62,759 nt of DNA, filler included, from Basidiobolus ranarum (GCA_040143965.1; 44 parts of 44 records of this genome joined end to end with filler, not necessarily neighbours in it); one strand, 5' to 3'; positions 38,140 through 51,464 are shown, counted from the first letter of the whole stretch. The notes: generated by a model from the letters alone, not told the origin. A program made the numbers and translations.

Positions 38140-39603
38140 GTATCCTTTCCAAGTCAATAATTGTATACATGTTTCATGAATAAGCTTATAGTAGCCCAAT
38201 TGCTATTTGCTTGCAAACACCCACAATCAGATATATGAAATAAGTTGAGAACCTTCAGAGTAAGGCCAGGATTTTGGTTTTTCCACAATTGGCTCAAAAC
38301 AAGATGATTTTGAGTAAGAATCCACACAGTTTCCAAAATGTCAAATCACTGATCATCAGAGCAAATGATGGCAGCTCTGATGTTTAGAGTCTCATGGTTT
38401 GCTGGTTTTCCTCTGAGATTTTTACTTTCATGTGCCAAGAAATACGGGTTGTTGTGTAGGCTTGATGGTCCACCACATATTCTGCTCTGCTAGATTATCA
38501 TGGTGATGTTTATATGTATGGTGTGGNNNNNNNNNNNNNNNNNNNNNNNNNNNNNNNNNNNNNNNNNNNNTTAATTAATTAANNNNNNNNNNNNNNNNNN
38601 NNNNNNNNNNNNNNNNNNNNNNNNNNTACTTCATGGGCCGTAATCCAGTGTTTGATAGACTATTTCTTACTCTGGATGAGCAACAACTGGAGGGTTGTCG
38701 TAGAGCACTCATTGATGAAGTGTACGGTAAGTCAAGTACCAGAGATAAGGAGTGTGTAATGAATGGTGTTGCATACATGATTATTGCGGAAAAGCCTGAT
38801 TCATCATAGGTGGAAGAATGCTAATTATCAGTTTGTGGTGAATGAGTCTTTCTGGGGCCAATACGTTTTGCTTGAACACTATGCTACTGGAGAGTTGTTA
38901 ACATTGAAATAAATGCATTGAAGTCTCAGTCCATGGTATCTAAATCAAAGTCATAATCTCTAAATGGAATATGTCATAATAGTGATTGAAATATCCATAA
39001 ACTTTGTACATATGCTCTTGGGATCTCCCGGAGCATATTCTATATGGCCATTCTGCTACTTCCTGACAAATTCATGTCTTAATTTACAAGCAATAAATTG
39101 TTAGAAGCATAACCTCCAATTCTTCAAGTTTTCCAAATCAATCGGAACTACTTCCAAATATTTCAGCATGTTATGAGCCCCAAGCTTTCACTCTCTGTAA
39201 TTTCTTCTTCTCAAAATTCTAGAACTTTACCCTTCTCTGAGATATTGTATGGATCAAATCATCCAGTTTGGAAAATTAAAATTAGAATATTGCTACATGT
39301 GAAAGAACTTTGCAATACTGTAGTAGGAGATGAAAACAATGTAAAGCTGCATCAGCAAAAGCTACACCTTAGGTTCAAAGGAGCCAAGTGCCTATAAATA
39401 ATTGTATTGATGTTACAGACAAATCTCTAATACTATATTGTACAGCCACAACTGCCAATAAGGTCTAAAAGATTTTGGAAGACAGCTACCAAGCATATTC
39501 TGCTGCCAACTTCTACAAGAACAGGATAGTCTAACTTAAGAATAAAGCCAGGAGAAGACACAACACTGCAAATCAATGGAGTACCTACTTCAGTGGATGA
39601 AAT

Positions 39604-39920
39604 TGTTGGAAGATTTTGACATAATGGGGGTAGACTTTGGGTATTAGAAGCAACTTGTGATAGTGTGTTTTAGTTACTTGATTCTTAAGAGCATATGGTG
39701 ACTTATATGGTAGAAAAGTAAATCAATTGTTTGAGATATTTGGGAGTTTGTGTAATAAGATATAATAGATAAGTAGGGGTAATAAGACATACTTGCTATA
39801 TAAATATAGAGATATTCCTATTTAGAATATAGGGGCTATAGATATGTTGCTTTCTGCTTCTGATATATGTATCATAACTAAAGTTAACTATGATGTTGAA
39901 TAAAGATTAATTATCCCACA
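39604..39920 (+). mobile_element. LTR family D (also 60102-60418, 10032-10222, and reversed near 9823-9931), inserted in a decayed copia gag (39173-39603)
   Basis: TGTTGG...CA boundaries; multiple colinear copies. Confidence 0.82.
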
Positions 39921-41484
39921 ATTGTTTTAAGTTATAGAGTGTTTTCTGGAGTTNNNNNNNNNNNNNNNNNNNNNNNNNNNNNNNNNNNNNNNNNNNNTTA
40001 ATTAATTAANNNNNNNNNNNNNNNNNNNNNNNNNNNNNNNNNNNNNNNNNNNNATACAAAGATATTTAGTCAGTATATGTGACTAATTGATTGAAAAGGT
40101 ACATGTAAGCACAATTACTAATATAAGTCATTGACTAGGGAAAGTGTAAGAAGCCAAGGGAAGCACCAATGCTTGAGGAACACAGATCTGACTAACAACC
40201 ACAGTGTAGGGGCTGGAGGACACCATCTTGCATAGCACATTGAACTAATACACATACAAGAACAATTTTACCTTACTATTGATAGTTCATGGAGCATATT
40301 AGGTAAATAATTTTGGAACAATAGAGAGTAAATAAAGCTATAGAAAAGAATATTGTGAGAAAAGTCAATAAAAATAACAGTTCAGCATGGTTCCAAGCTT
40401 GGGCAAGTGTTACTCGATTCAAGTGGGGTGCTTTGATAAAGTGAGAAGAAAATGGGTTTCGTTGTACAGAAAAATCGTTGTGGTACGTAACGAACATTAA
40501 CACGAGACAACAGCGAGTATACAAATCACTCCTTGATTGATCTTATTGTTAGTGTATCATGGTTGGATTCAGAATATAGGCTTTTCTCCATTCATCGAAT
40601 ACAAGGGTGCTTAGGCTAGGTAGCACCGTAAATCATAGCTTGAGAGAGCTTTCAAGAATAAAGACATGGTTTATTACACAATTGCCTTCTACACGTCAAT
40701 GCAAGGTTTGGATTGAAATTAATTTAGATTTAATGGAGCGCTTTTTGATGGACGAATAATTCACACTGAATTCATGAGCCAGAAGAAATACAACAGACAC
40801 CTTGTACATGTTCTCCAAGATGAAGCGTACTGGGTTCATGTGTTCTTCTTCAACATTTGTAGTGGTGGGTACCTTCATGATGTCAAATATTCATGTGGAG
40901 TGTTTGATGCTGACTACAATCGTGCTTTTAAATCATGAATCAAGTGATAATTGATGTTGTATTACCCATGGTTGTACCTGCAATTGTACGCTTATGGTTT
41001 ATTGTCATCAGCTTCGTTCACACCAATTCTGATCCAAGCAATCCGAAGCAATCTCATATTCTTTGATTTTCAGGAGAAATGGGACAGGCCTGGCCGGGTC
41101 TGGGATGAGATGAGATTAAACTCGGCCGCGTGCTTGGTGGTATAGGACAAGCAGCTTATGTTAGTTAAGTTAGTACAAATGACCATCTCTGGTAAAGCTC
41201 CTCTAGCTCACAAAGAAACTGAGGCTTTTAGAGATAATTTCACAACTAAAGATGTCATACATTTAGGCATCTCTTTAAATTTCTTTTCGATTGACAGAAT
41301 AGACCCGTTAAATACACGAAAATCCATAGCACCAGGGCATATGTTACATAAATAGGGTCAAGGTCAGCTGAGAGATGGAGNNNNNNNNNNNNNNNNNNNN
41401 NNNNNNNNNNNNNNNNNNNNNNNNTTAATTAATTAANNNNNNNNNNNNNNNNNNNNNNNNNNNNNNNNNNNNNNNNNNNNAACA

Positions 41485-42395
41485 GGTTATGAGCCCCAAG
41501 CTTGCACTCTCTGTAATGTCTACTTCTCAAATTTATGGAACTTTTCCCTCTTCTGAAAAATTGGATGGAACCAATTATCAAGTTTGGAAAACTAAAATGA
41601 AAATGCTGCTGCAAGAAAAAGAACTTTGGGACACTGTTGTAGGAGAAGAAAACAATGCAAAACTATCTGAAATCAAAGTTTTACTCCAGGTTAAAGAAGA
41701 ACAAAGTGCCTTTAACACAATTTGTCTTAATGTTAAAGACAAATTGCCAATTCAATGTTCAAGAGCTAAAACTGCCACAAAGGTATGGAAATCCTTCAAA
41801 GACACCTACAAAACAAGTTCTGCTGCCTACAAGATGTTTCTAACAAGACAATTCTTCAACTTAAAGAAGAAGCCAGGAGATGACATTAAATCACTAATTA
41901 ATAGAGTCACTATTTTAGTGGATGAAATGGAGTGCATCGGAGTATCTACTACTGATCAAGATATCATAGTTACAGTCCTGAATAGCCTGCCACACAAGCT
42001 TCAGAGCCTAGTAATGGCTCTAGAATTAAGAACTGAAAATTTGATCTTAAATTATGTATTTGGCAGACTTCTGGATGAAGATTTACACAAATCAGGATCC
42101 AACCACAAGAATGAAGAAAATGGTATAATAGGCTATGGGAAACCTTCCTACAAAGATCTAAAGCACTTTAAGAAGAAAATTAACGCATTCTGTGATTACT
42201 GTAAAAGAACTGGCCATTTAAGCAAAGATTGCTTTAAAGAATTGCAAAAGAAGAAAAACACACTGAATCTGGAAATGTGGTTGCAACAGAAGATCACTTG
42301 TTCATATCAGCTCTATCAATGACTACCAACAAGGATTCTCAGATGTGTTATATTAATTCTGGAGCTTCCCAAAATTTCATAAATGAAAAACATTG
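41485..42395 (+). mobile_element. Copia PBS plus gag (UBN2-like, CCHC knuckle) and decayed protease start
   Basis: AACA-GGTTATGAGCCC; CDYCKRTGHLSKDC; YINSGAS. Confidence 0.93.
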
Positions 42396-43295
42396 TGTCA
42401 TTATTCTGATCTTGGCATACCAATCCACTACAAATAGAACTACTCTATTATTAGATTTTGACATCATATCTGCTGTGCCATCCCTTCTTGGCAATCTGGT
42501 GTCAGTTCATCCAGATTACCTTGTATGGAAATGATGTTCTTTGGAACATTCCATGAAATCAAACCAATCAAGTCATCCCACACATAGTGTATTTCCACCA
42601 AGACCTTCCATGGAAGGTCACCTGATCAACCTTACATCATCCCTCTTTGTATTGGTCCTTGTAGTCCCCAACACCCCAACTCTTGAACTTGCCATGGTAT
42701 ATTCCCTATTCAGTATATTATGTTTCACCTTGCAATATCTATATAAGCCCCATGTATTCCTTGATCAGACCTCAGTCTGATCAATGCCAGTTATCAATAA
42801 AGATTCTNNNNNNNNNNNNNNNNNNNNNNNNNNNNNNNNNNNNNNNNNNNNTTAATTAATTAANNNNNNNNNNNNNNNNNNNNNNNNNNNNNNNNNNNNN
42901 NNNNNNNTAGAAGGTTAATAAAGGTTGGAGGCTAGTTGATCCATCTCAATATATCCATCACCAATTTTGCAGATACACTTTTAATCAGATTAGCATACAG
43001 TACTACTGACAATTTCATATGAAGCATTGTTTCAACAGGTGCACTCCATTGGGAACTCCCAGAATGTATAGCAAGGGCCTATAAACTCAAAGCATAGTGG
43101 AAGATGCAGTGGGGAAAGTATTGAATACTGGCATATATTCAATCTATTTTCTTTAAACCTGTAATAAAGTTTTTCATGTCTAATTACAAAATCTTTGCAC
43201 AGTTGCTGTATCTGCCTGAAATCTGCAAAAGTGAGTGTATTTGATAAGAATACATTTGCAATATCCACAAACTGCTCCCAGTGTTGCCAATACTT

Positions 43296-44234
43296 TGTTG
43301 AAATTAGGTAAATAGCAACTCATTATTTAGTAGTTAGTTCATTCATATTCTGATTATTTAGCACTCAATTCTGTCATTCAAAAATGTGTGTTTATTGCTC
43401 TAATTAATAGAAATATCAATTCAATCACTTTTACCAATTTTCACTATTTTCTCAAAACCTCTCCAAATCATCTCAAATTTGCACCCATGCTCAACAGGCA
43501 TGTTTGTTATGATCTAGCATGTCCAATAGTCCTAGTTCATAGTAAACTATAAATAGGACACATTCAATACAATAAAACTTAAGTGTCTAACTCACAAATC
43601 CAAATTGTGTCCAAAACACCTTGGAATCCTCTTAGCACAATTATCACATTATGACCCCCAAGCTAGCTGTTGAAGGAATGTCTACCAGTAGTATCACCAA
43701 TATTTTTGCATCCACAGAGAAGTTTGATGGTGAAGTCTTTCACATTTGGAAGTTCAAGATGCAAATGGTACTAGAAGACAAGGACCTGTGGGGATATGTT
43801 ACAGGAGAAAAAATAGAGCCAGAGGGACCACCAGAAGCTTTCCTTGCCTCTCACAAGAAGCAGAGGAAAGCACTCTCTACACTTTGCCTGCATCTCAGAA
43901 ATTCTCAATTGAGGCACATACAATCAGCCAAAAGCATCCAAAATGCTTGGGAAACACTTGAGGAACTATATGAGACTAAAAGTCTGGGTAATAGGCTTTA
44001 TTTTAGGCAAAAATTATCCTCAATTCAGATAAATACTGATGATTCTATGCTTAATCATATAAATTTGATAGAAACTATGGCAGATCAGCTCTCTTCCATT
44101 GGAGCACCTCTAAAAGATGATCACTTAGTCATGACACTACTTGGGAGCCTGCAAGACAATTTTTGGCACTTCAAATTTGCCCTAGAATCAAGATCAGAGC
44201 CATTAATAATGGAATATGTTGGTGCTAGGCTTTT
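43296..44234 (+). mobile_element. LTR A (43296-43646) plus gag of a second copia family, inserted into a CMC transposase fragment
   Basis: EKFDGEVFHIWKFKMQMVLEDKDLW; the flank at 42950-43295 encodes WEFPME. Confidence 0.92.
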
Positions 44235-44334
44235 NNNNNNNNNNNNNNNNNNNNNNNNNNNNNNNNNNNNNNNNNNNNTTAATTAATTAANNNNNNNNNN
44301 NNNNNNNNNNNNNNNNNNNNNNNNNNNNNNNNNN

Positions 44335-45499
44335 ATTTGTGTCAACAATAGCAGGGCTTCCATGATGTTTGTGTTGTGGCATGACAAGGATATTGCGGAA
44401 AAAAGAACACCTCCTAAATAAGGGTGGTATTTTAGGTATAGCCAATCAATATCATCAGCTGATTCTGAGATAGTGTCACAGATGAGTCATCAGGGGATTT
44501 ACAAGATGTTTTTGGTAATGGCTTGCAATTATGGTTTAATATAAGCTGTTTCTAAGTAATTTCATTACACCAAGTTTATCATATAAAAATTTCAGTGCCT
44601 TTCAAAAAGCATTCAAAATCTAAATCAAAATTGGCTTCTAAGCCAAAGCCTGCTGGCACAAAAAGAAAAGAACCATCAGAGCAGAGGACTCAACTGATGA
44701 GCAGTCTAGTGATCCACCAAAAAAAGGTGCTTGAGGAGTATTTTCAAAAGTATGATGGGAAAAACTCAGTGCAAGTATGCAGAAAGTAGCTTCACAAGAA
44801 GAACATTCCACTTGACATTCAGTCTGGTGTTGACCATGCAGATGTCTGGGAAGAACTTAATACAGTGTGGCACAATATTGCAGGGTATCTGCCAGATAGC
44901 TGGAAGAATATTGATTCAGCAATGTTAATACAATGATGGCTTTGATGGAGATATTAATAAAAACTTGTGTTGGATATGAGCTAAACCTTGGGTATGAAGG
45001 ACTTGTTCCATTGTGCCAGGATTTATCGGACCTTGGATCAATATATTAGAGTACATGTGATTGAAATTGATCATGCCAGAGGGTGATGGATAGTGCCAAA
45101 TCATGCCGCATAAATTTTAGAATACTTTATCCAATATGATATATACAGCACAATCTGGCACTATCACAGAGAACAAGTCCGAAGAACTCTAAAAATATTC
45201 AGGTGAATATATCAAAGAAACTAGGAATTTCAATGGTGACAAACTAGCATTAAAGTGATAAATATATAAAATTTGAGTTACATTTTTTGCACATGTGTTG
45301 ATCCATAGTTCTCTGCAATTGTAGCCAATCATGTGCAACTATTTAGCAAGATCTTGAAATTTCACTCCTGAAACTAAAAAAATTGATTAAAATCAAATCT
45401 AACTTCATGGTTTTATGATGGTAAGTAAATGGTCAATCCCAAATGGATTAAGATTGTGATGATTTTCCTACAATAACAATCCTCAAATTTCTGTTAGGG
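44335..45499 (+). mobile_element. Internally deleted CMC element: promoter, ORF2 start fused to ORF2 end, terminus B
   Basis: PFKKHSK... joined to VLEEYFQK...; ends TTTCTGTTAGGG. Confidence 0.85.
44999..45180. mobile_element. 182-bp MITE nested in the CMC element, GAA target-site duplication
   Basis: GAA-[GGACTTGTTC...GAACAAGTCC]-GAA; empty site GTATGAAGAACTCT near 58674. Confidence 0.93.
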
Positions 45500-45761
45500 T
45501 CCATCCATTCTCATACAGGATTTCAATCAATCCCACACCAAACATATGAGCATCACCATGACAATCTAGCAGAACAAAATATGTTGTAGTGGGGCAGCAT
45601 TGCTACCCACTGGCAGGTTGACTTATTTCCACTTCAAGCTCATATCATTACTATTGCTCAANNNNNNNNNNNNNNNNNNNNNNNNNNNNNNNNNNNNNNN
45701 NNNNNTTAATTAATTAANNNNNNNNNNNNNNNNNNNNNNNNNNNNNNNNNNNNNNNNNNNN

Positions 45762-46605
45762 ATTTGCCTTTGAAAAATTATATTTTTGCAAAAATTGCTG
45801 GATATTGAATAACGTGTGCTAAATTTGAGGATCAATATTTTAACATGTATGAATACCACTAAGATACCATCAAGAAACCGCCATCACATCATCAAAATCC
45901 CTGGCAGAATGCAAACAACAATATTGTGACGGTTCTCTGACGGTTTTGCTATTTGGGAGGGTGGATCCGATCCGGATCAAATCATTTTTATTTTTGTAAG
46001 GGCTTACTGTAAGTGTTATAAGTGGACTAATGCTTGCCAATAACAAAGAGTCTGTAACAAAACCATTGTCTTCATCTTCAACTACTGATATACTACCATC
46101 AGTACTGGAATAACCAAGGTCAACATCTGGCAGCATGATCTGCTGAGTTGTCTGGACTTACTGGTTTGACCAAAGTTGCTTTTCTATCTACATCATTCTG
46201 GTCATGTAACTATGGTAATTCCATGGTATCTTGACTTTTGGCAGTGTTACCAAAACGTTGAGGCAAAGTACAGTAAGTGGATTCAGTGGGCAAAACTGAA
46301 GGCAATTTTGTGCACTTATTACTGTTGATACTCACCAGGCTTTGTGCAGCTGGTGGCATTGTACAGTGACCTTGCTTGTGATTATTTTTTCTATGAAGCC
46401 TCTGGCTTTTATAGCACAAGAATTTGTGACAATAATAGCAGGGCTTCTTTAAATGTTTGTGTTGCAGGATGAGAAGGATGTTGAAGAAAAAAGAAAACCT
46501 CCTATGTAAGGGTGGTATTTTAGGTATAGCACATCAATATCATCAGCTGACTCTGAGACAGTGTCACAGATGAGTCTTGAGGGGATCTACAAGATATTTC
46601 CGGTG
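45762..46605. mobile_element. CMC terminus A joined to or inserted in the transposase N-terminal region and promoter
   Basis: ...TTTTTGTAAGGG near 46002, then homology to 20146-20745. Confidence 0.82.
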
Positions 46606-47187
46606 TAGTTGTTTTAGGGTGTAAGCAGCAACTATAACTGCAATATCTTAAGGGTTTTGTGAGGTGTCCAAGGGTGCAATAACCACGGTTGAATAACTCT
46701 GGGATGTACTGTAATATGGGTCTGTCTCTTGCCTCTTGGGTCTTTGTGAAAGGGAAACAGGCCTTTAGAAATGTCTAAGGACTGATAAACCACAATGCAA
46801 TGTCAAGCATTCTGTTGAATAATACGCTGGCACCTGACAAAAGAATATACTGGCTTCAGCATCCTTTGAGAATGATAGATAAAAAGGGTATATTCAATCA
46901 AAAACAACTGTAAACCTGGCCAGCAGGGTCTTGAAAAAGGATGCACTAGTAGTGATTTATCAAAGGATATGAAAAAGTTCCTTGCCTATGCAGACAAAGC
47001 TAGGTAGAAAATATAAAGTATCAGAAATATAACACCTACCTGTCAGTACGTCCTTTGAGCTGGTCATGTCCTTTCTAGTCACACAGTNNNNNNNNNNNNN
47101 NNNNNNNNNNNNNNNNNNNNNNNNNNNNNNNTTAATTAATTAANNNNNNNNNNNNNNNNNNNNNNNNNNNNNNNNNNNNNNNNNNNN

Positions 47188-47801
47188 CAAAATTCACCAA
47201 CTACAATATTTCAAGATAATCAAAGTTATATCAAATTAGCTAAAAATCCCATGTTTCATAATAGAAGCAAACACATAGATATTAAGCATCACTTCATTGG
47301 AGAGACTATAGGGATTAAGTTTATTGACTTAACTTATTATTCTACAGAAGACATGATTGCTGATATATTAACCAAACCTTTAGCTAGACAGAAATTTGAG
47401 AAACTCAGACCTTAATTAGGATTAGTTTATATGACTATTTAGTCAAGGGAGAGTATTGAAATTAGCATTGCCTAAACACCTATATAGTCATATATAACTT
47501 AGTACTTAGTTATCTTATAACTCACCAAGATATTATCAATTATTCTCAATTGGAATTTACTTGGAATATTTTTACCAACTTTAGAAGTTCTCAGATATAT
47601 GGATTTTTCAAACTTGTGCTAGAAGCCCCAAACTTTGCACACATGTTTGTGGGACCTTCCTTAACATATTCTACATGCTAGTTTGTTTGCATCTTGACAA
47701 AATTATAAATGTCAACTTTCTACTCAATGAATCAATAAGTAAAACTACCAATTCCTCTAATTCTCCAAACCACTTCCAACAGGCTCCCAAATACTTTAAC
47801 A
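47188..47801 (+). mobile_element. Copia RNase H end, PPT and complete LTR C (47454-47801)
   Basis: SKHIDIKHHF, ADILTKPL; LTR ends TTTAACA. Confidence 0.92.
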
Positions 47802-47849
47802 GGTAATTCTCAAAATCTGGCAGCTATAATATTTAAAAATAATGAAAGT

Positions 47850-48513
47850 TATTTCGAAATCTCTTATGCCATACTTGAATAGTTTCTTGATTGGAATAAC
47901 TTGTATTTACACATAAATCTCTTGGATTATATGTAAGTTTGTATAAGTTTTATTCCTTTTCTCCCAAAGCTAAATAATTCCCATTTTGATCAGTGATGGT
48001 GCATCCTGACTTATCAAAATTGAATTTTAGCCCTTCTGAGACAGCCTTGCATACAGATATTAAATTCTTGGCAATATCTCGAACATGTAGTACATCCTTG
48101 AAAGTATATACTTTCTCTTCAGAAGCTCCAGTTAAATTGACTTGAATTGTTCCCATTCCAACAGCATCCAATGTGTGGTCATCTCCCATGAAAACATTTC
48201 TAATCGGGATTTCTTCATAATCTACAAACCAATGTTTTTCATTTGTGAAATGTTGGGAAGCTCTAGAATCAATATATCACCTATGAGAATCCTTGTTGGT
48301 AGTCATAGATAGAGCAGTAATGAACAAGTGATCTTCTGTTGTAACCACATTTCCAGATTCAGTATGTTTTTCTTCTTTTGCAATTCTTTTAAAGCAATCT
48401 TTGCTTAAATGGCCAGTTCTTTTACAGTAATCACAGAATGTGTTACTTTTCTTCTTAAAGTGCTTTTGACCTTTATAGGAAGGTTTCCCATAGCCTATTA
48501 AAGCATTTTCTTC
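47850..48513 (-). pseudogene. Copia gag knuckle and protease fragment
   Basis: CDYCKRTGHLSKDC, IDSRAS, DVLHVRDIAKNLISV. Confidence 0.9.
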
Positions 48514-48613
48514 NNNNNNNNNNNNNNNNNNNNNNNNNNNNNNNNNNNNNNNNNNNNTTAATTAATTAANNNNNNNNNNNNNNNNNNNNNNNNNNNNNNN
48601 NNNNNNNNNNNNN

Positions 48614-48955
48614 TCTCCACTGCCTTCCACCCCAAATCTGATGGCCAAACAGAAAGAGTCAATCAAGTTTTGGAACCATATTTGTGATGCACTATCAACT
48701 ATAATCAGGATAATTGGACACAACTCTTGCCTCTTGCTGAATTTGCTCACAACAACTCTTAAGATTATTAAGCAAATCAATTCAGTAGCCTTCTGCCTTG
48801 AACTCCCAGCCCATTTCAAAGTCCACAATGTATTCCATGTGTCTCTCTCAGAGACACATGCCAGAAACACTTTCCAGGGCCAATTAATTGACCCACCCCC
48901 AGCAATCCAAGTTGAAGAACACCCTGAATATGAAGTTAGCAAAATTCTGGATTAG
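48614..48955 (+). pseudogene. Ty3/gypsy integrase C-terminus and chromodomain start
   Basis: HPKSDGQTERVNQ, LELPAHFKVHNVFHVS, EYEVSKILD. Confidence 0.88.
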
Positions 48956-50190
48956 GGGTTAGGTTTGGGAGCCTGTTCAAAATGGCTTCATGAATTAGAG
49001 AAACTGATGATTTTCACCAATTGATTTATTGAGCTGAAAGTTGCCATTTATAGTTTTATCAAGAGGTAACTAAAGTAATGTGCAAAATTTGTTTAGGAAG
49101 GTCTGAGACCTTCCAAGCTGGTAAACATATTCTACTTAAATTCTGATTGCAAATAACTAGTAATATCTTGGTGAAGTACATGATGTCTAAATACTAAGCT
49201 ATATATGTCTATATTGGTGTTTAGGCAATGCTAATTTCAATAATGTTTAGCTCATATTGCTAAACTCAATCTAATAGAATTATACCTAGATACAGGAGTA
49301 AAAATTTCTGTATCATCTATTTCTGGTTTTTGGGAATAACCTTAGGCTACCAGTCTAGCCTTGTACCTTTCTATATGGCCATCAAATTTGTATTTAACTT
49401 CACACATGCATTGGCAGCCAATTGATTTTGTATTATCTGGCAATGGCAAGTTATCTAAAGTACAAGCTTGATAATTAATCAAAGCCTAGAACTTGTCAGC
49501 AATTGCAAATCTTCAGATTTCTTTGTGATGCCCATTCAGGCCCTCTTTTACATTCTAGGGTTCATGTATTTGATCTGTGCAGGCATAGGCCCTGTCTTGG
49601 GAGTTATTAATTAGTAAGCTAGGCTGTTTCTGATCCAATTTGATCTCCCCTTTTAGGATAGAGATTGTACAGCTTCTGACATTGTGTTGGACACTACAGT
49701 AGGCTAAGTTCTGGTTGAAGAGTCCACAGGAATGCTACTTTCTTCATTGTTTTAGCTTGAAGCAAGTTGAATGATTGAGTGAGACAAAATTAATTTTTTT
49801 CCTATGCTGGGATCATTTTTACCCTAATAGAAATTTGAGGATTGTTATTGTAAGAAAACTGTCACAATTTTAATCCATTTGGGTTCAACCAATTACTTAC
49901 CGTCATAAAATCATCATGTTATATTTGATTTTAATCAATNNNNNNNNNNNNNNNNNNNNNNNNNNNNNNNNNNNNNNNNNNNNTTAATTAATTAANNNNN
50001 NNNNNNNNNNNNNNNNNNNNNNNNNNNNNNNNNNNNNNNACATAATTCACATATATATATAATATATGTTCCGATTTTCAGCTAAGTGATATTTGACTAA
50101 ATAATGTTGACTAACTAATATGTGATATATGAAATAGTTAGGTGTATAAAAGTAGGGATAACATATATGATAAAGACAATAAACTTCAAC

Positions 50191-50653
50191 AGCCATTACC
50201 CCCATTAGTGTAAATGCTAGCTCTCCAACTTTATCAAGAGGTATAGAAAATTCATCAATAGAAAAAATTTTGTTGTATATACAAAAATTTTCAGAAGATT
50301 CTGACAAAAGAAACCAAAAAACTTTAGAGGTTCTCAATCAGACCCTACTTGAACTCTTGAATTCTATATCTAATCAAGACAAATTGTTCACCAAGTCTAT
50401 TGATGAAATGGTTTCTGTGATGAAAGACGCCAACATTTCTGAACGTACCAAGAACCAATTGACAGAACAAATTATCAAACTTCTAGATGAAAAAATTTAC
50501 AAAAAAGGCTTAGTATTAATAATAACTCCAAAAGGAGGTAAAATGCAACCAGTAGATAATTTAGATGATTTAGAACAGTATACTAAAGATAAAAATGTGT
50601 ACGTTACTGGCAGTATTTCAGATATAACTAAGGGACTTTTCCTAGTTGACTGA
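50191..50653 (+). CDS. Orphan intronless AT-rich ORF (putatively viral), 5'-truncated by reversed LTR B (50040-50190)
   Basis: Frame open from the LTR junction (AITPISVNAS...LLYIQKF...GLFLVD*); convergent with UDG, 10 nt between the stops. Confidence 0.6.
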
Positions 50654-50663
50654 TTTTTAAAAA

Positions 50664-51140
50664 TTATTTATGCCAAGATATAGGAAGTTTGTTTATTTTA
50701 GTTAGCATCTGGTTGATTTTAACAAATATATTACTATGAGAGAATGTTTTGTTTAAAAATCTAGATACAAGATGATGAACATTTATTATATGAGTAACCG
50801 GCAATATATCTGCTAATGCCCAACTATCTCTTCCCATTAAACTGTATACAACATTAGGTTGATTACATTCTATATATTTAATTACATTTCTAGTAAACAT
50901 TTCCCAAAAAATTTTATGATTGTTAGAAAACTTGCAGTTAGATATTCCATGAGTCCATGATACATTTATCAAAAAAACTCCTTGTCTCATCCAACTATAA
51001 AAAGTGTCATATGGATTAGGAGGAGGTAAATCAAACTTGTATGCAATTTTGTCAACAATCACTTGAGCAGTTTTAGGAATAGATTGACATTTGTGTGATG
51101 GCATTATCAGAATTCCACTAGCAAAAAAATTATTTGTAAA
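50664..51140 (-). CDS. Uracil-DNA glycosylase central and C-terminal part (virus-like), 5'-fused to copia gag
   Basis: FASGI, SWMRQGVFLINVSWT, HKIFWEMFTRNVIKYI, VVYSLMG, HHLVSR, FSHSNIFVKINQML match family-1 UDG motifs. Confidence 0.85.
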   Translation of the reverse strand, partial: FTNNFFASGILIMPSHKCQSIPKTAQVIVDKIAYKFDLPPPNPYDTFYSWMRQGVFLINVSWTHGISNCKFSNNHKIFWEMFTRNVIKYIECNQPNVVYSLMGRDSWALADILPVTHIINVHHLVSRFLNKTFSHSNIFVKINQMLTKINKLPISWHK

Positions 51141-51364
51141 ACTTGTGTGGCAGGCTATTCAGGACTGTAACTATGATATCTTATTCAGTGGTAGGTTCTC
51201 CAATGCATTCCATTTCATCCACTAAAATAATGACTCTATTAATTAGTGATTTGATGTCTTCTCCTGGCTTCATCTTTAAGTTAAAGAATTGTCTTCTTAG
51301 AAACATCTTGTTGGCAGCAGAACTTGTTTGGTAGGTGTCTTACAAGGCTTTCCATACCTTCTTG
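51141..51364 (-). pseudogene. Copia gag fragment
   Basis: Homologous to about 41780-41999. Confidence 0.88.
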
Positions 51365-51464
51365 NNNNNNNNNNNNNNNNNNNNNNNNNNNNNNNNNNNN
51401 NNNNNNNNTTAATTAATTAANNNNNNNNNNNNNNNNNNNNNNNNNNNNNNNNNNNNNNNNNNNN

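Noticed and set aside
40054-41380. Short ORFs in this contig (likewise 6592-6835, 21555-22491, 38627-39100, 57165-58084)
   Set aside because: No recognisable motifs; a product call cannot be supported.
50664-51140. UDG as the host UNG1 gene
   Set aside because: Highly divergent motifs, no introns, viral-like packing, and a related fragment beside D5 and TFIIS; still needs phylogenetic confirmation.
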